Shown piece after piece: positions 27,899 through 37,759 of a DNA stretch of 64,000 bases (position 1 is its first letter; each line of letters begins with the position of its first letter). Location of the stretch: assembly GCA_016195405.1 (NCBI GenBank), contig JACPZP010000125.1, positions 21,665 to 85,664 on the forward strand, in the 5' to 3' direction. The stretch comes from Planctomycetota bacterium. Its GTDB lineage: Bacteria > Planctomycetota > Planctomycetia > Gemmatales > Gemmataceae. Under the pieces are notes generated by a model, which searched no databases, was not told where the DNA came from, and saw only the letters and a list, made by a program, of their open reading frames with translations. Position numbers and translations under genes: made by a program.

Positions 27899-29293
27899 TT
27901 AGCTCAGAATCTCTTGAATTGGTCCATTTCCCTCTTCGACCAAGCGCATGGTTCGCCCCAGCACCTGGATTTCCATCCGCTGGTGATCCAGTCCCAACTG
28001 CTGAAGAATCGTGGCATGCAAATCACTGAAATAATGCCGATTCTCGACGGCTCGATAGCCGACTTCATCCGTGGCGCCGTGGACGATGCCGCCTTTGACG
28101 CCGCCGCCCGCGAGCCAGGACGTGAAGCCCCGCGGATTGTGATCGCGGCCGGTCGTGTTCTGCGACCACGGACTTCTGCCGAACTCGCTGGTCCACACCA
28201 CGAGCGTTTCGTCGAGCATGCCGCGCTGCTTCAAGTCGCGGATCAGGCCGGCAATAGGCTTGTCGGTCGCCCGGCAGAGCGGTCCCTGAGTCCGGATGTC
28301 GCCGTGCGCGTCCCAGGCGCCGTTGCCGCCGCCGGCATGGCAAACTTGGATGAAGCGAACTCCTCGCTCCGCCAAACGGCGGGCGAGCAGAAGCTGCCGG
28401 CCGAAGTCTTCGGTTTCGCTCTCGCCGATGCCGTAGAGGTCTCGCACGTGCCTTGGTTCGCCGGCAAAATCAACCGCCTCCGGGGCGGCCAGTTGCATTC
28501 GGGCGGCTAGCTCGTAGGACCTCGCACGGGCCGCAATCTCTGAATTGGTGGCGTATCGTTCGCGGAACTCACGGTTAAGATCGTGAAGAGCCTGCATCTG
28601 CCGTTCACGCTCGGCGGGGTTGGTTCCCACGGGCGCGTTCAAGTTGGGGACTGGGGACGGTCCCGGCTGGAACGGCGTGGCGGCCACACTCGCACCTAGG
28701 TAGCCGCCGGTTAGCTGCACCGGCGAGGAAGGCCGGCCAATGTTCACGAACGTCGGTAAGTTCTCATTGGCGCTGCCGAGCGCGTGCGCGACCCAACTGC
28801 CAAGCGTCGGATGATCGAATTGCCGGCCCTGGTGTCCCGTGCAGCACTCGATCGCTGCCGGAAAGTGATTCGCTTCATTGCACCAAATCGAGCGAACGAC
28901 GGCAATGTCGTCGATAACGCCGCCAACGTGCGGGAACCAATCGGAAACCGGGATGCCAGACTGCCCATAGCGTCGAAAGGTCCTGAGGCATGGGATCACC
29001 GGGCGCCGCATCTCGGCTTGGTTGTCGCCAAAACCGATGACATCGATAAGCGTGCCGGCCCAACGATTGTCTTTGGGGTCAAAAGTGTCAATATGGCTGA
29101 CGCCGCCGCACATGAAGAGGAAGATGACGGACTTCGCCTTGGGCTGCGGGCGCTGCTCAGACAAAGTGTCCCGTGTCTGGCCTGCTTTCGCCCAGAGAGC
29201 GCCGAGCGCGAGTCCGAGGAAGCCGCCGCCGGCCTGAAAGAAAAAGCCGCGGCGGGAGATGCGGTCGCAAAGGTAGAGATACGAGTTGGGCAT
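27899..29293 (-). CDS. DUF1501 family protein (sulfatase-like, Tat-signal)
   Basis: 464 aa. Twin-arginine-like signal (SRRGFFFQAGGG). Planctomycete DUF1501 architecture. Sits 5 bp upstream of the cyclase and 6 bp downstream of the DUF1553 ORF. Confidence 0.85.
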   Translation of the reverse strand: MPNSYLYLCDRISRRGFFFQAGGGFLGLALGALWAKAGQTRDTLSEQRPQPKAKSVIFLFMCGGVSHIDTFDPKDNRWAGTLIDVIGFGDNQAEMRRPVIPCLRTFRRYGQSGIPVSDWFPHVGGVIDDIAVVRSIWCNEANHFPAAIECCTGHQGRQFDHPTLGSWVAHALGSANENLPTFVNIGRPSSPVQLTGGYLGASVAATPFQPGPSPVPNLNAPVGTNPAERERQMQALHDLNREFRERYATNSEIAARARSYELAARMQLAAPEAVDFAGEPRHVRDLYGIGESETEDFGRQLLLARRLAERGVRFIQVCHAGGGNGAWDAHGDIRTQGPLCRATDKPIAGLIRDLKQRGMLDETLVVWTSEFGRSPWSQNTTGRDHNPRGFTSWLAGGGVKGGIVHGATDEVGYRAVENRHYFSDLHATILQQLGLDHQRMEIQVLGRTMRLVEEGNGPIQEILS

Positions 29294-29298
29294 TGGAA

Positions 29299-31466
29299 TT
29301 ACCGCACAAAAACAAACTCATCCAAATTAAACAGCAGCCACGCGAAGCCAGTTAGCCGCGCCGCGTCATTGCCAAGATACGCCAGTGCTCGGTTCATCTC
29401 CGACTCCGAAGACGGGCGTGCGATCGCCGTTCGATAGCCCAGGTCCACGGCGGCTTTCAAATCCTCGCCAACGGCTTTCTTGAGCCTTTCGGCGAACTTC
29501 GTGGTGGCCTTTTCGATCACGTCGCTATTCATCAGGAACAGGGCCTGCGGCGCGGTGACGGTGTGCGTCCTTATCGGACAGGGAGCGCGGCCGTCGTCGG
29601 CATCGAACGCTTGCAGGAAGCTCGGCATGACATCGCGGTTGTTCGCGTAGCCGCGGATGATGTAGGCGCCGCGACGTACGAGAGGCGAAGAAGAGGGGCG
29701 AGGGGCGAGCACTGATAATCCATCCTTCGGATCAAAGGACGGGCCGCCGATCGTCAGGTCGAGGCTTCCGGCCGAGCCGAAAATCGAATCCCAAACCGTC
29801 TCGGCGTCGAGACGCCGCAGCGGGAAACGCCAAAGATGCGTATTTCCAGGATCGATTTTCAGATTGGCCTCTCGCTCCTCAGACGTTCGCCGGTACGCTC
29901 CTGAAGTAACGATGAGCCGGTGCATCGCCTTCATGCTGAAGTTCTGCTTCACGAATTCGGACGCCAACCAATCGAGCAATTCCGGATTGGACGGCGATCC
30001 ACCCAGCTTGCCGAAATCGTTGGGCGTCTTTTGCAAACCCTCGCCGAAGTGCCACTGCCAGAGGCGATTCACCGCTACTCGGGCGAAAAGCGGGTTTTCG
30101 GGCGCGGTGAGCCATTGGGTGAATGCCTCGATCCTGCCGTTGCGGAAGTCGATCTTGGGCGTGGTAAACGGCCAGCCGGGGCCAACCTCGTTCCTTTTTT
30201 GCGGCCTGGCGGGATCGCCGCTCGTCAGGATGTAGCTCTTTTCCAGTTCCTTTTTCCGATCGACTTCCACGGTCCAGAAGACAGGCAGCGTCAAATCTGC
30301 TTTGGTTTTCTCCAATTGCTTGAAGCCATTGACCAGCGCTTGGTACTTTTGACGATCCGTTTCCGGCATGATCCCCATGATCTTGCCCACGTCGATGCGC
30401 AGGATCGGGAAGTAATCGTCGGCGATCTTCTCCTCAAGGGCGGGCGCTGTTTCTCGGGCTTGAGAATGACGGCCCGCACGTCAGCGGGAAGCTGGGCCAC
30501 GCGCTCATCGAACAGTTTCTTCTTGTAAGGAGCGATCAACTCGAGAATGGGCGTCTGCACTGCCGCCAACTTTTTGTCCAGCGCATCGAGCGCGTGGCCA
30601 TGCGCCGTCACCTCGGCCGGATTGGCGAGCGTGACCTTTCTCAAAACGAGCGGATCGAAGAGCGCTTTCATGGCGTAGAAGTCACGCTGCTTGATGGGGT
30701 CGTACTCGTGGTCGTGGCATTTGGCACAGCCGACGGTCAAGCCCATGAAAGCCGTGGACACGGTCTCGACGGCCGCGATGGGCAATTCCTGGATTTCCTT
30801 GTCGCCGTGAACGACCGCGCCGCGGGCGAGAAACCCCAGAGCGAATAGGTCATCCGGCCGAGGCGCCACGCGCTCTTGAAAGCCGAGAACCGAGACCTCG
30901 GTGCGCGCAGTGGTTCGGCAGCCGGTCAACTGTGCGCACACGAATTGGTTGTAGGGCATATCGCTGTTGAGGGCGTTGATGACCCATTGACGCCACAGAT
31001 GGATGCCGGGCGCGGCGATCATGCCCTCGTCTACGTCGGCGTAACGGAGCACGTCGAGCCAATGCCGCGCATAGCGGACGCCGTGCTGCTCGCTGGCCAA
31101 AAGCCGATCGACCACTTTTTCATAGGCATCCGAAGACTGGTCCTGGAGAAACGCCTCCTGTTCGGCGGGACTCGGCGGGATGCCGACCAAATCGAGGTGG
31201 ACGCGCCGCAGCAGAGTGCGCCGATCGGCGGCTTCTGCTGCTTTCAGGCCTTTCGTCTGATGTTGGGCTGCGATAAAGGCGTCGATGGGATTGGCCGACT
31301 TGGCGGCTCCAACCGGAAGCGGCGGGCGGATTACGGGCTTGAGATACCAGGGCTTCGGAGTCTTGTCGTCGGTGTCGTCCGGCTTTGACGATCCGGCACC
31401 TGTTCCTGCAAGCCCGAGCGCGGACACAAGCATGCAAACACACACAGGCCAGCGAAGCGTTGCCAT
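29299..31466 (-). pseudogene. DUF1549/DUF1553 (PSCyt/PSD) family gene, interrupted by a -1/+1 frameshift near 30440-30455
   Basis: ORFs 30291..31466 (signal peptide, DUF1549-like N part) and 29299..30390 (DUF1553-like C part) overlap by 100 bp. A continuous sensible protein (...ILKPEKQRPALEEKIADDYFPILRIDVGKIMGIMPE...) is recovered by a 1-nt shift in the CGCCCGCCC run. Confidence 0.7.
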
Positions 31467-31657
31467 CTCTCTTGGCCCCCCAGGAAATCGTCGGCGCAGA
31501 ATTGATGCTATCCTTTGGGAAGCACAGAGTCAAACCGACACGCCGGCGGCATTCTTCAGCCGCAAGGACTTTTGCTGGCCCGCCATACCTTACATGGCCC
31601 AATCCGTGAGCTATGCTTGATTTGCAACAACTGTTCCCCCATCGGTGAGGCTCAGTC

Positions 31658-32974
31658 ATGCGGAGAAAATCGTCCAGGGTCAGATTGGCGAAGATCGGGA
31701 AATACCAGATCCTCGAAAAGATCGGCACCGGCGGCCAGGGGAAGGTCTACAAAGGGCTTGACCGGAACACGGGTCAATTCGTCGCGATCAAGATGATACC
31801 CGTGGAAGCGGCCGAAGACAGGGAGCAGGGCTTGCGGTTCGCCCAGGAATGTCAGGTCACCAAAAAGCTCGATCACCCTCACATCTTGCGCGTCCTGGAT
31901 TTCGGCATGGAGGGTCAGAAGCCGTTTCTCGTTATGGAATTCGTCGACGGCGAAAACCTGATGCAACGGCTCACCCGCGACGGCAAGATCCCGCCGGCGG
32001 AAGCGGTTCGCTTGCTGTCCCAAGTCGGCCACGCCCTGAATTGGACGCACCAGCGACAACTCATTCATCGCGACATCAAGCCGGCCAACATTCTCATCAC
32101 GAAGAACGGCGATGCCAAGCTCACCGATTTCGGCATCGCCAAGAACCTCGAGGGCGAATTCCAGCTTACGCAGCCCTGCAGTTGGCTCGGCACGCCAAGC
32201 TTCATGTCTCCCGAGCAATTTGAGGACGCCAAACGGGCCGATGCTTTGTGCGATCTCTATTCGCTGGCTGCCACCTTGTACATGACGATTACGGGCGTCA
32301 TCCCCTTTCGGGGCCGCTCGGCGAGCGCCCTGGCCGCGATTTACAAGAAAAAGCTGGCCAACGATATTGTGCCTCCGCGACAACTCGTGCCCGAGACGAG
32401 CGAGCGCGTGAACGCCGCCATCCTCCAAGGAATGCGGGCCGATCGGCGCGAACGCCACGCTTCCATGGCGGCATTTCTGGAAGCGCTTCTCGGAGAGGAG
32501 TCGGCTGCGGCCGCGGCGAATGCCATTAATGCGCGAGCGGATTCCTCCGCGCCGCAGGCGCCCGCTTCCGGGAAAGAACGCAGAATTCTGAAACGCTATC
32601 CCTGCGGCCAAAGCGCCGCCTGCCAGCCCATGGAGAGAGTTGTCCCGTGGGTCGGCAAAGTCGTGAACATCTCCCAGACCGGCCTTTGCGTGGAGTTGCC
32701 GCGCCGCTTCGAGCCCGGCGCCATTCTCCAAATCGCGCTGCCCGCCAAAGACACCGAACGGAACGTCATCGTGCGCGTCATGTGGGTCAAGAGACAAGCC
32801 GAGAAGCTCTGGCAAATGGGATGTCAATACGATTACCCACTGTACGATTTCGAAGTGGACGGCTTTCGCGTCACGAAACGCCGCGGGGACAAAAGTGGGG
32901 AACGGCCGCGCCCACGAAAATCGTCGGCATCCATACCCCGGCCACGGCAGCAGGTCGCAGGCAACGCGCGTTGA
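31658..32974 (+). CDS. Ser/Thr protein kinase fused to a C-terminal PilZ domain
   Basis: Hanks kinase motifs (GxGxxG, VAIK, HRDIKPAN, DFG, SPEQ). C-terminal RRILKR (RxxxR) then NISQTG (NxSxxG) 22 aa later. Confidence 0.85.
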   Translation: MRRKSSRVRLAKIGKYQILEKIGTGGQGKVYKGLDRNTGQFVAIKMIPVEAAEDREQGLRFAQECQVTKKLDHPHILRVLDFGMEGQKPFLVMEFVDGENLMQRLTRDGKIPPAEAVRLLSQVGHALNWTHQRQLIHRDIKPANILITKNGDAKLTDFGIAKNLEGEFQLTQPCSWLGTPSFMSPEQFEDAKRADALCDLYSLAATLYMTITGVIPFRGRSASALAAIYKKKLANDIVPPRQLVPETSERVNAAILQGMRADRRERHASMAAFLEALLGEESAAAAANAINARADSSAPQAPASGKERRILKRYPCGQSAACQPMERVVPWVGKVVNISQTGLCVELPRRFEPGAILQIALPAKDTERNVIVRVMWVKRQAEKLWQMGCQYDYPLYDFEVDGFRVTKRRGDKSGERPRPRKSSASIPRPRQQVAGNAR

Positions 32975-33608
32975 CCGGTTGAGTCATCGGCACATTTGAC
33001 TTGCATTGCAAGGGGGGGTGGACAGCCCTGCAAGTCATTTTTGGCCGATTTCAGCGCAACTCGTTCCAGGATCGACCCCTAATTCTTTGCAACACAGCCC
33101 TGCAAACCAAGCAGCCTCGGGTCCAACGCAGGCTTCACTCGCTCATGGTGCCGGTAACCCTTTGCTCCCAAGAATTCGTTGTGTCGCCACCCCCCCACAC
33201 ACCCCTGGCGACGCAATCCAATGGAATGCCTTGCACCTTAACTCACCAGGCAGCAATGAGTTACGGAATGAAGCGAACAGATTCGTCGGGGGGGATGGCT
33301 CGAAAAGGTCTCCTGGCAAAACGATGGTTCTTTGCTACCCTAAAGAATCAGTTTCTGAACCGTGCCAAATTCCGCAGTCAACGTGGCGGCAAGTTTCCAA
33401 CTTGTCGACCAAACACGAAGTCTGAAGTGTCTGAAAGGCGCCGTAAGTGCGCGCGAAGTCGCATTATTGCGCGCCAAAATGACATCTCGTTGACGTTTTT
33501 CGACGCTTCGCGCTTGCAATGGGACGCTTCAGGCACACGAATTTCGTCCACGCATCCACACTGTTTTGGAGCGGGATCGGCGTCACGATGAAAAATGGTT
33601 TCGGGAAT

Positions 33609-33845
33609 CTATTTCTCTTTGGAATACGGGGGCAAGCTCAACGGCGCTGCGCCCGCCTGCGTGCCTGCGATTTCCTGCGGAAACAAGCCCTGCTCCCTGC
33701 TCGCCGGAATCCACTGAGCGATCCCGCTTTGCCAGATCAGGTCGGTCGGTTTGAGAAGTCCCGCACGCGCCAATTGCCTGAGTTCGGCCGCCGTGACCGG
33801 ATCCATCCGCTGGCCTTCCATCATGTAATACCACTGCGAAGCCAT
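33609..33845 (-). CDS. Small GYF-like / DUF4339-like protein
   Basis: 78 aa. W...G...GP...L.L...G.I...WQSGI..W pattern. Confidence 0.45.
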   Translation of the reverse strand: MASQWYYMMEGQRMDPVTAAELRQLARAGLLKPTDLIWQSGIAQWIPASREQGLFPQEIAGTQAGAAPLSLPPYSKEK

Positions 33846-33865
33846 GGCATACCTCTCGTCGGGGG

Positions 33866-35056
33866 TTAAAGAATACCCGGCGCCGACACCTTGATGCCTT
33901 TGAGGGCCATCTTGAGCTGGTCGGGATTGCTCGACACCTCCAAGGCGACCGAGCGCTCGATGTCGCCGCGCTCCACGAGCTGGCGCAGGTTCTCGTTGAA
34001 ATCGACCATTCCTTCCAAGTAGCCGATGCGAATCGCGTCGGGGAGCTTCTTGTCCTCAGCCCGCGAAATCAGCTCGCGAATCATGGGATTGACGATCATG
34101 ATCTCATTGGTCGGCACGCGGCTCTTGCCCGGCTTGATGCTCTTGACGAGCTTCTGCGCGACCACGGCGCGCAGATTGTTCGCCAGTCCTTGGCGAATCG
34201 CCGAGTGCTTGAGGGCTGGAAACAGGTCGAGGATACGGTTGATGGAGCTTCCCGCCGTGGAGGCGTGGATGGTGCCGAAAACGAGGTGACCGGTCTCCGC
34301 CGCATAGATGGCGGCTTCGAAGGTCTCGATGTCGCGCAATTCGCCAATCAGGATGACGTCGGGGTCTTGGCGGACGGCGTCCTTGAGGGCCTTGGACCAG
34401 TCGCGCGTGTCGAGGCCGATCTCGCGCTGGTTGATGTAGGCTTTCTTGTCGGTGAAGACGAACTCGATCGGGTCTTCGATCGTGAGGATGTGGAGGTATT
34501 CGCGCTCGGCGATGTAGTCGAGCATGGAAGCGATGGTAGTGCTTTTGCCGCTGCCCGTGACGCCGGCCAGAATGATCATGCCGTCGGGGTAATTGCAAAG
34601 CTTCTCGATGCTGGGGGGCAACCCGAGGTCGGCGAAGTTGGGAATCTCGTTATTGACGCGCCGCGCAACGAGCGACAAGGACCCACGTTGTTTGAACAGG
34701 CTGACGCGGAAACGCTGTTCGTCATTGCCGACGACGTAGGAGAAGTCGACGCCGCCCTCTTCATCCAGAATCTTGCGGTGCTTCGAATCCAGAAGCGGCA
34801 AGAGCAGCCTTTCCATGTCCGCCTGCGTCAAGGCGCGCATCTCCATGCGGCGTATGTCGCCTTTGAGCCGCATCATCGGCGCCTGCCCGACCTTGAGGTG
34901 CAGGTCCGAAGCCTGGTGCTTCATGGTCATTCGAAAAAGCTTGTTGACTTCGGGCTCTTTCTTGACGTCAGCTGGAATCCTGGCGTCGAGGGCAATGATC
35001 GGTACATCGGCGCCATTGCCGCCGTTGACGCCGTTGACGGTTTCGATAAAGGACAT
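33866..35056 (-). CDS. pilT: Type IV pilus retraction ATPase PilT/PilU family
   Basis: 396 aa. Walker A GVTGSGKST, Asp box, Walker B ILIGELRD, His box. N-terminal PilT N-domain. Confidence 0.9.
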   Translation of the reverse strand: MSFIETVNGVNGGNGADVPIIALDARIPADVKKEPEVNKLFRMTMKHQASDLHLKVGQAPMMRLKGDIRRMEMRALTQADMERLLLPLLDSKHRKILDEEGGVDFSYVVGNDEQRFRVSLFKQRGSLSLVARRVNNEIPNFADLGLPPSIEKLCNYPDGMIILAGVTGSGKSTTIASMLDYIAEREYLHILTIEDPIEFVFTDKKAYINQREIGLDTRDWSKALKDAVRQDPDVILIGELRDIETFEAAIYAAETGHLVFGTIHASTAGSSINRILDLFPALKHSAIRQGLANNLRAVVAQKLVKSIKPGKSRVPTNEIMIVNPMIRELISRAEDKKLPDAIRIGYLEGMVDFNENLRQLVERGDIERSVALEVSSNPDQLKMALKGIKVSAPGIL

Positions 35057-35126
35057 GGAATAGACTCCTTGGTGTTTGCTATTTCAAGGGCGCAGCGTTG
35101 TTTGGCGCGGCAGCCACGATGAGGCT

Positions 35127-35648
35127 CTAATCGCGGCGCTGGCTCGTGAGACGATCGCGGACAATCGTGGGGGGACTGTCGCTGCCCGAAGTCCTCTGGT
35201 TCACCCTGTGGACAAGATGCTTGACCATCTCGCGGCATTCGCGTGCGCACTGCCGGCATGCCTTGGCGCAAGCGGCCATGTGCATGTCCGAGTCGAATTT
35301 CTCGCATGACGCCGCGCAGAGATCGGCGCCATTGGCACAAGCTTCGCATGCCAAGGCGCTCAAGGGACTGTGGCGGGCGACCAGCTTCGCTGCCGTGGAG
35401 CACAACTCCGCGCAGTCCACGCACAGCTGCATGGACTTGGCGTGCTCCTTCTTGCCGTCCGCCAACAGTTTTGCGCAATGATGAAAGCAGGCATCGCACT
35501 GTAGCTGGCAATCGGCGCACGTCTTGGCGCACTTGGCAAAGTTCTCGTGGTGTTTGGGATCGTCGTCGCCTCCCGCCCCCCTTACCGGGAACGACGCCAG
35601 GACCACGGCGACCGAAACGGCAAACAAACTGATACGATTCATGCTCAA
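35127..35648 (-). CDS. Secreted Cys-rich four-helix-bundle protein (copper storage protein/DUF326-like)
   Basis: 173 aa. Signal peptide. ~18 Cys in repeated CxxxC / CxxC spacing along predicted helices. Confidence 0.65.
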   Translation of the reverse strand: MSMNRISLFAVSVAVVLASFPVRGAGGDDDPKHHENFAKCAKTCADCQLQCDACFHHCAKLLADGKKEHAKSMQLCVDCAELCSTAAKLVARHSPLSALACEACANGADLCAASCEKFDSDMHMAACAKACRQCARECREMVKHLVHRVNQRTSGSDSPPTIVRDRLTSQRRD

Positions 35649-35822
35649 CCTCCATAAACAAGCAAAAAAAAACCGACGTGGTCGAATACCAAGAGTATTC
35701 GACCACGTCGGCTTACTCGCTAACGGGCCGCCCGGGCGCTTTCCGGGCTGCCATTCATCTAGTCGTCCGACGACCTAAAAGACTGCAACTGTATTGTACG
35801 AACTTCTCAAGCTTGGCGGTGT

Positions 35823-36707
35823 TCATCCGCCCTTGACGGTGATCTTCTTCGGCTTGACAGCCTCAGCCCTCGGCAGGTGGATCGTTAGGACGCCGTTGAT
35901 GAGCTCGGCGGCAATCTTCTGCCAGTCGATGCGCTCGCTGATCGAAAAGGTCCGATAGAAATCGCCGACGCCGTATTCGGACAAGAGGTAATTCGCCCCT
36001 GCGTGGCGGGGAGCGCAGCGGCCATCGATGATGAGTTCGCCGTTTTCGAAACGCAGGTCCACGTCTTCCGGTTTCACCCCGGGAAGGTCGGCCAGCAACA
36101 GCGATTCCTCGTCGGTCTCCATGATGTCAACACGGGGAGTGAAAGAGAGGCCGAGCGCAACCACGGGTTTATCGAGCTCGGTACGCACTTCTATCTTGTT
36201 TGCGGGGATGTTCACGATATCGTTGACGCTGATGCGTCGGGGCTTGGCGGCTTCGTTCTTGGGCAAAGTCACCAAGAGGACGCCGTGTTCGAAACGGGCC
36301 TCGACCTTCTCGGCATCCACGTTCACGGGCAGCATGATCGTCCGGCTAAACTGGCCGAACCCGCGTTCTTGCCCGTACCAGGCGCCTTTCTCCGGGACGC
36401 CATTGTCCAGCGCGCCTTGGTCCAGCGCGTACCGCCGGCGCTCACCCTGGATAGTCAGCTGGTTGCCATCCGTTACGTAGATTTCGAGATGGTCGAGCTG
36501 CATGCCGGGTAATTCCGCCTCGGCGTAAACTTTGTCGTTGTCGCCCCATATGTTCACCGGCGGATAGGATTCCGCAAGGGCTGGGCCCGTTTCCGCGCCG
36601 AAGCGCCTGCAAACCCGGTTCACTTCTTCCTGAAACTCCCGCAATGGGCGCCACGAAAAGTTCTGCCAACGGGGTACCAGCATTTGTTGCTTGTTGGTCT
36701 TCATCAT
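35823..36707 (-). CDS. Small heat-shock protein with two tandem alpha-crystallin (Hsp20) domains
   Basis: 294 aa. Two ACD units, each ending in the GVLTV/I..PK motif (GVLLVTLPK; GVLTIHLPRAE). Confidence 0.85.
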   Translation of the reverse strand: MMKTNKQQMLVPRWQNFSWRPLREFQEEVNRVCRRFGAETGPALAESYPPVNIWGDNDKVYAEAELPGMQLDHLEIYVTDGNQLTIQGERRRYALDQGALDNGVPEKGAWYGQERGFGQFSRTIMLPVNVDAEKVEARFEHGVLLVTLPKNEAAKPRRISVNDIVNIPANKIEVRTELDKPVVALGLSFTPRVDIMETDEESLLLADLPGVKPEDVDLRFENGELIIDGRCAPRHAGANYLLSEYGVGDFYRTFSISERIDWQKIAAELINGVLTIHLPRAEAVKPKKITVKGG

Positions 36708-37082
36708 GATGAATTCCTCAGTTAAAGGTCGGGCAATTTCTGCCGGACCACGCGGTCCAGATCATTAGTCGAATGAACTCAGTCGAAACACGGGCTTTTT
36801 AGAAGACTGTCGCCGTAACAGGGCCTTGGTCCAAAACAGGATAGGCGGCTTGATTGAGATGGATCAGGCGGCAAGTGGTGAGAGGGACCCTGAAAGAGAA
36901 CTTTCAGTCCTCACTTCGTATTCTCTGCTTGCACTCTAGAACTGTCAAGCCAAAAATATACTTTTTCTGTCTGTAGTCTCTAAAATAACCTTCTGACTCC
37001 TCCGGAATGCAAGGAATCTCGCTGTTCATCTTCCGGTCAAGCGGCATCACAGACAAGGCGATGTGTCGCTCTTACCGTTTGC

Positions 37083-37676
37083 ATGTCCGACTGCCGGCCC
37101 GTAGACTCAAAGTTTATGACCGACGTCACCCAGATTCTAAATGCCATCGAGCAAGGCGACCCGCACGGCGCCGAGCAACTTCTGCAGGTCGTCTACGATG
37201 AACTGCGCAAATTGGCGGCGGAAAAGATGGCACAGGAAAAACCGGGGCAGACCCTAGAAGGCACGGCCCTGGTCCACGAGGCCTACCTTCGCTTGGTGGA
37301 CGTCAAGCGAGCGCAGCACTGGAACAGCCGCGGCCACTTCTTTGCCGCTGCCGCCGAAGCCATGCGGCGGATACTGATCGAAAGCGCGCGCAGCAAGGCG
37401 CGCGAGAAACGCGGCGGCAACTGGCAGCGTGTTGATTTTGAGGATCTCAACGTAGCGACTTCCGTCTCCCCCGATCAACTGCTCGCCTTGGACGATGCAC
37501 TCGTGCGGCTAGTGGCCGTTGACCGCGTGGCCGGTGAACTCGTCAAGCTTCGTTATTTTGCCGGTCTGGCTCTGGACCAGGCCGCCGCGGCCCTTGGCGT
37601 CTCGACGGCAACAGCTTATCGGCACTGGGCTTACGCGCGCGCGTGGCTGCACAGCGAACTGTTGAAAGAAACGTAG
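37083..37676 (+). CDS. ECF sigma factor (Planctomycete STK-associated type, ECF43-like)
   Basis: 197 aa. Sigma-2 (ALVHEAYLRL) and sigma-4 HTH (AAALGVSTATAYRHWAYAR). Immediately upstream of a Ser/Thr kinase gene. Confidence 0.85.
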   Translation: MSDCRPVDSKFMTDVTQILNAIEQGDPHGAEQLLQVVYDELRKLAAEKMAQEKPGQTLEGTALVHEAYLRLVDVKRAQHWNSRGHFFAAAAEAMRRILIESARSKAREKRGGNWQRVDFEDLNVATSVSPDQLLALDDALVRLVAVDRVAGELVKLRYFAGLALDQAAAALGVSTATAYRHWAYARAWLHSELLKET

Positions 37677-37759
37677 CCTGGGATTATTCTGCCGTCGTGA
37701 GAAAACCTCCCAGGCTACGTCGCACTGGTTAATAGAGGCGAAGCCCCTGTGAGGATGCC

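Noticed and set aside
33001-33591. 196-aa and 139-aa ORFs in the 33.0-33.6 kb intergenic region
   Set aside because: No RBS, and mixed-composition sequence with no domain signal. The region is more likely regulatory or non-coding, and I could not support any RNA gene call from the sequence alone.
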